The notes beneath the pieces were generated by a model. It did not search any database and had not been told where the DNA came from. It saw nothing but the letters and a program-made list of their open reading frames with translations. From NCBI GenBank assembly GCA_040767965.1, contig JAXGNR010000019.1:1-13503 (forward strand): a stretch of 13,503 bases of DNA, given 5' to 3'. Below are positions 5,368-13,503 of the stretch, in pieces. The DNA comes from Atribacterota bacterium. GTDB lineage: Bacteria > Atribacterota > Phoenicimicrobiia > Phoenicimicrobiales > Stramentimicrobiaceae. The translations under genes and the position numbers were made by a program. Position 1 is the first letter of the stretch; the number at the start of each line of letters is the position of its first letter.

Positions 5368-7452
5368 ATGGCACAACTGGAAAATATTGAAGCAATTGAA
5401 AAAAGGCTTTGGAATTCGGCAGATACCCTGCGGGCAAATTCCAATTATGCCAGCAATGAATATTTTATGCCGGTCATGGGATTAATCTTTCTGCGACATG
5501 CCTACAGCAGATTTCTAGCAGTCAAAGATGAGATAGAAGCGTCTCTTCCCACTCGCGGCGGTGTAAAAAGGCAGCTGAGCAAAGAAGATTTCAGTAAAAA
5601 ATCAGCTATATTTTTAGAGCCAAAAGCTCAGTTTGATTATCTAGTTAGTCTGACCGATAGTGATGACCGTGCGAAAGCTATAATCGATGCTATGGAGTCA
5701 ATCGAAAGAGATTATGAAACCCTCCGTGGTGTCCTGCCAAAACAGGAATACCGGGAGCTGGATAATGAGATTCTGGCTCAATTACTCCGAAACTTAAACC
5801 CGGAGGAATTAAAAAAAGTTTCCGGTGATGTGTTTGGCCGAATCTATGAATACTTTCTGACCCAGTTTGCTGATCAGAAAGCCCATGACGGAGGTGAATT
5901 TTTTACTCCTATATCTTTAGTATCTCTTATTGCCAATGTTTTAGAGCCCAAACGGGGAACAGTTCTGGATCCCGCCTGCGGCAGTGGGGGTATGTTTGTG
6001 CAGAGTGCCCGCTTTGTGGAAAGAATTCATGAAAATCCTAATGATAACCTTAATTTTCTCGGGCTGGAAAAAAATGCCACCACCATCAACCTGGCAAAAA
6101 TGAACCTGGCAGTCCATGGCTTGGTTGGTGATATCAAAAAGGCAATTACCTATTATGAAGACCCTCACGATATGTATCATAAAGCAGATTTTGTTATGGC
6201 TAATCCCCCATTTAATGTGGATGAAATCGATGCAGATAAAATCAAAAATGACCCCCGTTTGCCTTTTGGTCTTCCCGGAGTGAACAAAAAAGGTAAAGTC
6301 TCCAATGGTAATTATGTCTGGATTAGTTATTTTTATAGCTATTTGAATGATAAAGGGCGTGCAGGATTTGTCATGTCTTCCCAGGCGTCCAGTGCGGGAA
6401 ACACAGAAGCAAAGGTTCGTCAAAAGCTAATTGAATCCGGTCATGTAGATATTATGATAGCTATCCGTTCTAATTTCTTCTATACCCGTTCTGTTCCCTG
6501 TGAATTATGGTTTTTTGATAAAGACAAACCAGAAGAATTAAAAAATAAAGTATTGATGATTGATGCCCGGGAAATCTACCGAAAAGTTACCCGTCGTATT
6601 TTTGATTTCAGCCCTGAACAGCAGCAGAATATTCTATCTATCATCTGGCTATACCGGGGGCAAAAAGAACGTTTCCATCAATTAGTCATAAATTATATTT
6701 CAAAATCACTCAGTGGGGCACATAAAAGTCCTTCTCTTATTCAGGACTATAAAAAGACTTTTAGTAATTTGGAAAATAAAATGCAGATTTTTTTAAAGAC
6801 AATACCCAAAAACGAAAAAACTACAGAAATAATAAATGAGCTTGAAAAATGTCGACAAGCCTATCTGGACAATTCCCGATTATTTACTGAATTAGCAAAA
6901 GAGAAGGATGATTGGTGGGAAAAGCAGGATAAAGAGAATCTAAAGTTATCCTCAGCTCTTGAGGAATTAAATCTGTTTTCTGAAGAGAATAAAAAATTAA
7001 TTAAAGAGGCAGAGATGATGTATCGGCTTATCAACCGACTGGTTGATGATTGTCAGAATAAGTCAACTGCTAAAAATAATAGCCAATGGAACATTAGGGA
7101 TATTCAAAATCTTAAGAAAGAAACTGAAGAAGCCCGTGACAATTTGGTTAATCAATTAAAACAGGTTCGTTATTTCTACCATCAGGCTCAATGGCTCACA
7201 GAGAGATTCCCTGATGGCCAATACCGCGATGTAGAGGGATTGGTCAAACTGGTAGACAAAGAAGAGCTGAAAGAAAACGACTGGAGCCTCACTCCCGGCA
7301 GATATGTAGGGGTAGCCCCGGAAGAGGAAGACCCGGACTTTGATTTTGCGGAAACGATGCGTAATATACATACAGAATTGCAAGAATTAAATGTCAAGGC
7401 AAATGAGTTAGCAGAAAAAATTAATGAAAATTTCAGGAAATTGGGAATATGA
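5368..7452 (+). CDS. hsdM: Type I restriction-modification methyltransferase subunit (probable m6A)
   Basis: 694 aa; HsdM N-terminal LW..AD.LR, GEFFTP, motif I DPACGSGGMF, motif IV NPPF, C-terminal WSLTPGRYVG. Confidence 0.97.
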   Translation: MAQLENIEAIEKRLWNSADTLRANSNYASNEYFMPVMGLIFLRHAYSRFLAVKDEIEASLPTRGGVKRQLSKEDFSKKSAIFLEPKAQFDYLVSLTDSDDRAKAIIDAMESIERDYETLRGVLPKQEYRELDNEILAQLLRNLNPEELKKVSGDVFGRIYEYFLTQFADQKAHDGGEFFTPISLVSLIANVLEPKRGTVLDPACGSGGMFVQSARFVERIHENPNDNLNFLGLEKNATTINLAKMNLAVHGLVGDIKKAITYYEDPHDMYHKADFVMANPPFNVDEIDADKIKNDPRLPFGLPGVNKKGKVSNGNYVWISYFYSYLNDKGRAGFVMSSQASSAGNTEAKVRQKLIESGHVDIMIAIRSNFFYTRSVPCELWFFDKDKPEELKNKVLMIDAREIYRKVTRRIFDFSPEQQQNILSIIWLYRGQKERFHQLVINYISKSLSGAHKSPSLIQDYKKTFSNLENKMQIFLKTIPKNEKTTEIINELEKCRQAYLDNSRLFTELAKEKDDWWEKQDKENLKLSSALEELNLFSEENKKLIKEAEMMYRLINRLVDDCQNKSTAKNNSQWNIRDIQNLKKETEEARDNLVNQLKQVRYFYHQAQWLTERFPDGQYRDVEGLVKLVDKEELKENDWSLTPGRYVGVAPEEEDPDFDFAETMRNIHTELQELNVKANELAEKINENFRKLGI

Positions 7453-8711
7453 AATTAATTAAATACAAAGTTAAGCAGTTTGCAGAGATAATAGGAGGAG
7501 GTACACCTAGTACAAAGAATACTGCATATTGGGAAGGGGATATACCTTGGATTACTCCTAATGATTTAACGTCTTTTGAAGGTGTTTATATTGAAAAAGG
7601 CGAAAGAAATATCACAAAAGAAGGATTAAACCAATCTTCTGCAAAATTACTTCCTAAAAAAACGATATTACTCACATCTAGGGCACCAGTTGGTTATGTT
7701 GCTATTGCGAAGAATGATTTATCAACTAATCAAGGGTTTAAAAATTTAATCTGTGATAAAAATTTATCCGATCCAGAATTTGTGTATTATTTACTAAAAA
7801 TAAATAAAAAATATTTACAATCCAATTCTACTGGTTCTACTTTTGGAGAATTGTCTGCTTCTAGGGTAAAGAATTTATATTTTTATTTACCCGAAGTTAA
7901 TATACAAAAAAGAATTGCTTCTACATTGTTAAAATATGATGAACTTATTGACAAAAACCATAAACGGATTCAGCTTTTAGAAGAAGCGGCGCGACTTCTT
8001 TATAGAGAATGGTTTGTCTATTTCCGCTTCCCGGGTCATGAAAATGTAAAAATAATTGATGGCATTCCGGAAGGTTGGAAGAAAAAAAGCCTGTCAGAAA
8101 TTGTAACTACACAATACGGATATACTGAAACAGCTACACAAGATAAGATTGGTCCTAAATTTTTACGTGGGAAGGATATAAATAAATCTTCTTATATTGA
8201 CTGGAATTCAGTTCCATTTTGTTCAGATAAAAAATTAGATTTTAACAAATATTATTTGTCTCCTGGCGATATTTTAATTATAAGAATGGCAGATCCAGGT
8301 AAAGTTGGAATAGTTGAAAAAGAAATTAAAGCAATATTTGCTTCTTATTTGGTTCGACTTAAAATAATTGATAAGAATATACCACCTTATTTTTTATTCT
8401 ATTCATTAGTTTCTAATAGATATCAAGGATACATAAATGGTGCAAGTACAGGATCTACAAGGAAAAGTGCAAGTGCTAAATTAATGGTTACTTATGATCT
8501 TCTCATTCCAAAAAAAGAGATAATCAATTCTTTTAATGAGCAGATGATTCAATTAAGAAGGAGTATAAATATCTTATTAGAACAAAACCAAAAACTAGCA
8601 CAAGCACGTGATTTGCTTTTACCCCGTTTGATGAGCGGGAAAATTGATGTTTTTGATTTTGATAAAGATAACATTCCAGTAGAATCAGAAGTTGAAAAAA
8701 TTGTAAATTAA
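7449..8711 (+). CDS. hsdS: Type I restriction-modification specificity subunit
   Basis: 420 aa; two TRDs (GGGTPSTK...GDIPWITP; TTQYGYTE...), central conserved region QKRIA...LYREWF...IPEGW, C-terminal RDLLLPRLMSG; ATGA overlap with hsdM. Confidence 0.96.
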   Translation: MKLIKYKVKQFAEIIGGGTPSTKNTAYWEGDIPWITPNDLTSFEGVYIEKGERNITKEGLNQSSAKLLPKKTILLTSRAPVGYVAIAKNDLSTNQGFKNLICDKNLSDPEFVYYLLKINKKYLQSNSTGSTFGELSASRVKNLYFYLPEVNIQKRIASTLLKYDELIDKNHKRIQLLEEAARLLYREWFVYFRFPGHENVKIIDGIPEGWKKKSLSEIVTTQYGYTETATQDKIGPKFLRGKDINKSSYIDWNSVPFCSDKKLDFNKYYLSPGDILIIRMADPGKVGIVEKEIKAIFASYLVRLKIIDKNIPPYFLFYSLVSNRYQGYINGASTGSTRKSASAKLMVTYDLLIPKKEIINSFNEQMIQLRRSINILLEQNQKLAQARDLLLPRLMSGKIDVFDFDKDNIPVESEVEKIVN

Positions 8712-8761
8712 AAATTCCTGTTATCTATAACAAATTACTAACCAGGAAAAGAAAGGGAAAA

Positions 8762-9781
8762 ATGAAAAAAATTCCTGATAACCAGATTACTTTTTACCAA
8801 TCTTCAGATGGTAAAGTGAATATTGAAGTTATGTTTGCAGAAGAAAATATTTGGCTTAATCAAAAGAGAATAGCTGAACTTTTTGATACTACACCTCAAA
8901 ATGTAACCATGCATCTTCAGAAAATATATAAAATAGGCGAGATTGATAAAAATTCAACTTGTAAGCATTTCTTACAAGTTCAACAAGAAGGGGAGAGGGA
9001 AGTTAAAAGAAAGACTTCTTTTTATTCATTAGAAGCCATAATTTCAGTAGGATACAGGGTTAATTCAGAAAGAGGTATCGAGTTTAGACAGTGGGCTACA
9101 GATATCCTTAAGAATTATATTCACAAAGGATATGCATTGGATAGCGATAGATTTAAATATGGATCCCGATTTAGTACTAGATATTTTGATGACCTTTATG
9201 AGGAAATCAGAGAAATTCGAACAAGTGAAAGAATGGTCTATCAAAAAATTACAGATATTTATGCTACTGCAATAGACTATTCTCCAAAGGCATATGAAAG
9301 TAAAAAATTTTTTGCGACAGTGCAGAATAAATTACATTTTGCAATTACCGGTAAGACAGCAGCGGAAATTATTCACGATCGAGTGGATATAAAAAAAGAA
9401 AAAATGGGATTGACATCCTGGAGAAGATCACCAGATGGAAAAATAATGACCAGCGATGTAGTTATAGCTAAAAATTATTTAAATAAAAAGGAACTTAAAG
9501 AGCTCAATAGAATTGTTAATATGTATTTAGATTATGCAGAATTACAGGCTGCCAGGAGAAGAGCGATGACCATGAAAGATTGGATAGAGAAACTTGATGC
9601 TTTTTTAAAGTTTAATGAGCAAGAGATATTAACTAATGCCGGGAAAGTAAGTCATGAAGTAGCAGAAGCTTTGGCTTTAGATGTTTATGGTAAATTCCGG
9701 GTTGTTCAGGATAAAAAATATATCTCTGATTTTGACCGTGAGGTTAAAAAATTATTAGAATCTAAAAAGAAGGAAGAGTGA
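8762..9781 (+). CDS. rhuM: Virulence RhuM family protein
   Basis: 339 aa; ENIWLNQKRIAELF, YSLEAIISVGYRVNS..G..FRQWAT, IREIRTSE, VQNKLHFAITGKTAAE, MGLTSW, IAKNYL are typical family motifs. Confidence 0.9.
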   Translation: MKKIPDNQITFYQSSDGKVNIEVMFAEENIWLNQKRIAELFDTTPQNVTMHLQKIYKIGEIDKNSTCKHFLQVQQEGEREVKRKTSFYSLEAIISVGYRVNSERGIEFRQWATDILKNYIHKGYALDSDRFKYGSRFSTRYFDDLYEEIREIRTSERMVYQKITDIYATAIDYSPKAYESKKFFATVQNKLHFAITGKTAAEIIHDRVDIKKEKMGLTSWRRSPDGKIMTSDVVIAKNYLNKKELKELNRIVNMYLDYAELQAARRRAMTMKDWIEKLDAFLKFNEQEILTNAGKVSHEVAEALALDVYGKFRVVQDKKYISDFDREVKKLLESKKKEE

Positions 9782-9782
9782 A

Positions 9783-12700
9783 TTGGTCTATTATAATGAG
9801 GATACTTTAGTCCAACAGACAACTGTGGATTATCTGCAAAGTCAGCTGGGATGGGAAGCTGTTTATGCTTATAATCAGGAAACATTTGGTCCTGAAGGAT
9901 TATTAGGCAGACATTCTGATAGAGAAGTAGTTCTTACCCGCTATTTAAGGCAGGCACTGGAAAGACTAAATCCCGGTCTACCGGAAATTGCCTATCAGGA
10001 AGCAGTGCGCCAGATTACTGATTATTCTCATAGTCAATCTATGCTGGACAATAATGCCGAAAAATATAAGCAGTTTAAAGACGGAGTGTTGGTTTCTTTT
10101 CAAAATGATGATGGTGAAATCAAAAAAGAAAGACTTCGTATTTTTGATTTTAACCCGGAAACTTTAGAGGAAAACAATCATTTTTTGGCTGTCCGTGAAT
10201 TTTGGGTTCAGGGTGAATTGTATAGGAGGCGCATTGACATTGCAGGTTTTGTAAATGGTATCCCGCTTTTATTTATTGAATGTAAAAATATCCACAAAGA
10301 CCTTTTTCAGGCATATCGCAGGAACCTTTCTGATTACAAAGATACAATTCCTCATTTTTTCCATTACAATGCAATTATTATGCTGGCAAATGGCGATAAA
10401 GCCAAAATTGGAACCATTACAGCCGGCTATGAGCATTTTCACCAGTGGAAGCGTTTAGCAGAATCAGACCCGGGAGTGGTAGCCATGGAAACTCTTCTGA
10501 AGGGTGTTTGTAATAAGAAAATATTTATGGACATCTTTGAAAACTTTATCTTATTTGATGACAGTACCGGGAAGAGGAGAAAAGTAGTTTGTAAAAACCA
10601 TCAATATCTTGGCGTTAATCAGATTCTCGATTCATTAAAAGATCCGACAAGAACAAAGGGAAAGCTGGGAGTTTTCTGGCATACCCAGGGTGCTGGCAAA
10701 AGTTATTCTATGGTGTTCTTTACCACTAAGGTGCATCGGAGGATTGGAGGAAACTATACCTTCTTAATTTGTACTGACAGAGAAGATTTAGATACTCAGA
10801 TCTATAAAACATATGCCGGTTGTGGAGTAGTGGATAATGATAAAAATCCCTGCAGGCCTACCAGCGGAGAACATCTGGCTCAACTGATGGGACAACAAAA
10901 AGCTTATGTGTTTACTACAATTCAAAAATTTAATCAGGATGTTGACCGCAGCAGAGGATATACCAAACGTGATGACATTATTGTTATTTCTGATGAAGCC
11001 CATCGTACCCAATATGGAACTTTAGCCTTGAATATGAGGCAAGCTCTTCCCAATGCTGAATTTATCGGATTCACAGGAACTCCTTTATTTAAAGATGATG
11101 AGCTTACTGTTAAGGTCTTTGGAAATTATATTTCTACTTATGATTTTCAAAGAGCAGTGGAAGACAAATCTACCGTGCCTCTTTACTATGATTCCCGGGG
11201 TGACACCCTGGGAGTAGCAACTAATGATATCAATGAACGTCTTGCTGAAAAGCTGGATGCAGTGGATATTGAAGATATTAATATGAGAGAACGTTTAGAA
11301 AAAGAACTAAGACGGGATTACCATATTATTACTGCCCAGAAAAGGTTAAACCAAATTGCTAAAGATTTTGTAGAGCATTACAGCACATCATGGGAAACTG
11401 GTAAGGCTATGTTTATCTGTATTGATAAGCTTACCTGTGTAAGGATGTATGAATTAATAAAACAATACTGGGCACAGAAGGAAGAAGAAGTTGAAGAAAA
11501 ATGGAAATTAGCAGCAGGAGAAGAGAAGGATGCTCTTTGTAACAAACTGATCTGGATGAAAGAAACTGAGATGGCAGTGATTGTCAGTGAAGAACAGGGA
11601 GAAATTGAGAAGTTTAAAAAATGGGGATATGATATTAAGCCACACCGTCGATTAATCAAGAACGGTTTTGAATTATCTGATGGAAAAAGGATTGGAGTAG
11701 ATTCTGCTTTTAAAAGGACTCGTCATCCTTTCCGGATTGCAATTGTCTGTGCTATGTGGCTGACCGGATTTGATGTTCCCAGCCTGGCAAATCTCTATCT
11801 GGATAAGCCGCTCAAAGCCCATACTCTGATGCAGGCAATTGCCCGGGCAAATAGAGTGCATAAAAATAAGAACAATGGTTTAATTATAGATTATTGTGGT
11901 ATTTTAAAAAATCTCAGGAAGGCTTTAGCTACATTTACCGGAACAAGGGATAACGGCAGGCCTGAAGGCGGGCTTGGGCCGGATGAAGTTGATCCGACTA
12001 AGAAGAAAGAAGAATTACTGGAAAGCTTAAGACAGGCAATTGAATTTGTTTGTGATTTTTTACTTGATAGAGATGTTTCTCTTGATAGTATTATCAATTC
12101 AACTGGCTTTGAGAGGAACAAGGCAATCATTGGTGCCAAAGAAGTAGTGAATGAAAATGATGAAACCAGAAAAGAATTTGAAGTGATGTGCCGGCAAGTT
12201 TTTATTAAATTCAAGGCCTGTCTGACAATTCCGGAAGTTGATAATTATAGAAATCAATATAGTGCTATCAGTATCATTTACAAAAGTCTGCAGAAAGACA
12301 GGGATGCTGCTGATATCAGTGATATTATCAAACAATTGCATGAAGTGGTTGATGAATCGATTGATGTTGAGCCGGGGAAGGTAAAAACACCGAGTAAACC
12401 TTATGATATCAGTAAAATCGATTTTAACCGCTTGCAGGAAGAATTTGCTCAATCTGAGAAAAAGAATACCGTTGTTCAAAGCTTGAAAACTATAATTGGA
12501 AAAAAATTAGAAATGCTCATACAGAGAAATCCGCTACGAACTAATTTTCAGGAACATTATGAAAAGATTGTTGCTGAATACAATAAAGAAAAAGACCGGC
12601 AAACGATTGAGGCAATTTTCGAAGAATTGATTAAGTTTGTGCAAGATTTAGACCATGAGGAAAATAGATCTATGCGCGAAGAACTGGATGAAGAAACTTT

Positions 12701-13010
12701 GGCGGTTTATGATTTGCTGTTGAAACCGGAATTAAATCCTCAGGAAATAAAGACAATTAAGAAAGTTGCTAAAAATTTATTAAAAGAACTAAAAACTAAG
12801 CTAGCAAAATTATATAAATGGAAAGATCGCGAACCAATGAGAGATGATATAAAAATTTTGATAAAAAATTTCCTCTGGGATGACAAAACAGGCTTGCCGG
12901 TAGAATGCTATTCTATCACTGATGTTGAAAAGAAAGCAGAAGAGATCTTTTATCATGTATACAGAGCCTATCCCACAATCCCATCACCGTATTATGAGAG
13001 TATTGCATAA
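9783..13010 (+). CDS. hsdR: Type I restriction endonuclease subunit R
   Basis: 1075 aa, TTG start 1 nt after the rhuM stop; nuclease motif RRID...NGIPLLFIECK, Walker A WHTQGAGKS, DEAH, FTGTP, MWLTGFD, LMQAIARANR. Confidence 0.97.
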   Translation: MVYYNEDTLVQQTTVDYLQSQLGWEAVYAYNQETFGPEGLLGRHSDREVVLTRYLRQALERLNPGLPEIAYQEAVRQITDYSHSQSMLDNNAEKYKQFKDGVLVSFQNDDGEIKKERLRIFDFNPETLEENNHFLAVREFWVQGELYRRRIDIAGFVNGIPLLFIECKNIHKDLFQAYRRNLSDYKDTIPHFFHYNAIIMLANGDKAKIGTITAGYEHFHQWKRLAESDPGVVAMETLLKGVCNKKIFMDIFENFILFDDSTGKRRKVVCKNHQYLGVNQILDSLKDPTRTKGKLGVFWHTQGAGKSYSMVFFTTKVHRRIGGNYTFLICTDREDLDTQIYKTYAGCGVVDNDKNPCRPTSGEHLAQLMGQQKAYVFTTIQKFNQDVDRSRGYTKRDDIIVISDEAHRTQYGTLALNMRQALPNAEFIGFTGTPLFKDDELTVKVFGNYISTYDFQRAVEDKSTVPLYYDSRGDTLGVATNDINERLAEKLDAVDIEDINMRERLEKELRRDYHIITAQKRLNQIAKDFVEHYSTSWETGKAMFICIDKLTCVRMYELIKQYWAQKEEEVEEKWKLAAGEEKDALCNKLIWMKETEMAVIVSEEQGEIEKFKKWGYDIKPHRRLIKNGFELSDGKRIGVDSAFKRTRHPFRIAIVCAMWLTGFDVPSLANLYLDKPLKAHTLMQAIARANRVHKNKNNGLIIDYCGILKNLRKALATFTGTRDNGRPEGGLGPDEVDPTKKKEELLESLRQAIEFVCDFLLDRDVSLDSIINSTGFERNKAIIGAKEVVNENDETRKEFEVMCRQVFIKFKACLTIPEVDNYRNQYSAISIIYKSLQKDRDAADISDIIKQLHEVVDESIDVEPGKVKTPSKPYDISKIDFNRLQEEFAQSEKKNTVVQSLKTIIGKKLEMLIQRNPLRTNFQEHYEKIVAEYNKEKDRQTIEAIFEELIKFVQDLDHEENRSMREELDEETLAVYDLLLKPELNPQEIKTIKKVAKNLLKELKTKLAKLYKWKDREPMRDDIKILIKNFLWDDKTGLPVECYSITDVEKKAEEIFYHVYRAYPTIPSPYYESIA

Positions 13011-13094
13011 AGTGTAGCCGAAATAACTTTTTGTGGAAATAATTTGTTAGGTAATTATAAAATAAAATTAATATATGCTAATAGGAAAAATTTA

Positions 13095-13247
13095 ATGGAG
13101 AGAGATAAAAATTATTTTGAAAAAAAAGGTAAAACTGCTGAAAATATTCTTCACAACTTGGCCAAAAAAACTTTTCTTTCTGATTGGTGTTATTTAAATC
13201 CTAAACCAGATGAAGGCAAGGAACTATGTGATTTATTGGAAGAATAA
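13095..13247 (+). pseudogene. 5' fragment of a larger (possibly NERD/PD-(D/E)xK-like nuclease) gene truncated at the transposase end
   Basis: ATG 13095 with AGGA at 13083-13086; ...AENILHNLAKKTFLSDWCYLNP...GKELCDLL resembles the N-terminus of a family that continues ELCDLLVV (recalled, not searched); the stop lies 2 nt before the GGGGGTCAG end motif. Confidence 0.55.
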
Positions 13248-13268
13248 AAGGGGGTCAGGTCTTCACAT

Positions 13269-13297
13269 TTGACATTCAAACTGCAATCCCCTAAAAT
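13269..13297 (+). promoter_or_regulatory. Near-consensus sigma70 promoter of the transposase
   Basis: TTGACA (13269-13274)-17 nt-TAAAAT (13292-13297), 6 nt before ATG 13304. Confidence 0.8.
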
Positions 13298-13303
13298 AAT
13301 ATT

Positions 13304-13503
13304 ATGGCCAGACCCTTAAGAATCAATTTTGAAAATGCTGTCTATCACATTATCGCCAGAGGCAACAGAAAAGAGGATATCTTCTATTCTGATGAGGATA
13401 AAAGACTCTTCCAGGTGAAGATGAACAAAACATTCCAGAAATATTCACTTATCTGTTATGCCTACTGTCTGATGGATAATCACTATCATCTCTTTTTAAA
13501 AAC
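13304..13503 (+). CDS. IS200-like Y1 (REP-associated tyrosine) transposase, 5' part only
   Basis: Manual translation MARPLRINFENAVYHIIARGNRKEDIFYSDEDKRLFQVKMNKTFQKYSLICYAYCLMDNHYHLFLK; the MARPLR start, YH...RGN and AYCLM.NHYH (HUH) motifs are typical of RAYT-like proteins. Confidence 0.93.
   Translation, partial: MARPLRINFENAVYHIIARGNRKEDIFYSDEDKRLFQVKMNKTFQKYSLICYAYCLMDNHYHLFLK

Larger units (their letters stand above)
13250..13503 (+). mobile_element. Left end of a Y1/HUH transposase element (RAYT/TIRYT-like), partial
   Basis: Terminal motif GGGGGTCAGGTCTT at 13250-13263, followed by a promoter and the transposase ORF. Confidence 0.7.

Noticed and set aside
5941-7397. Minus-strand ORFs inside hsdM (5941-6423, 7156-7383, 7188-7397)
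   Set aside because: Antisense to a conserved gene; no recognisable protein features.
10255-12479. Alternative-frame and antisense ORFs inside hsdR
   Set aside because: Fully nested in an intact hsdR with all motifs present; typical shadow ORFs.
13044-13094. TTG start at 13044 for the last short ORF
   Set aside because: ATG 13095 has an SD-like AGGA and begins the protein-like portion; the upstream extension is low-complexity AT-rich sequence.

Overview
AT-rich bacterial accessory/defence region. Left to right: the 5' end of a signal-peptide-bearing patatin-like phospholipase on the minus strand (missed by the ORF track, apparently leaderless); a repeat-dense intergenic region (7-8 nt tandem arrays, two BoxC-like GC-rich hairpins); an AbiE-type (type IV toxin-antitoxin/abortive infection) pair plus a small winged-HTH ORF, together bracketed by a 77-bp direct repeat; an uncharacterised lipoprotein; radC; a complete type I restriction-modification operon hsdM-hsdS-rhuM-hsdR; a truncated gene; and the left end and 5' part of a Y1/HUH (RAYT-like) transposase (also missed by the ORF track). 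The most notable unexplained structures are an 18-bp perfect hairpin linking the antitoxin stop codon to the probable toxin ribosome-binding site, the direct repeats around the AbiE block, helically phased repeats at the end of the HTH ORF, and RhuM in the hsdS-hsdR slot. Family assignments come from motif recognition by eye, not database searches.
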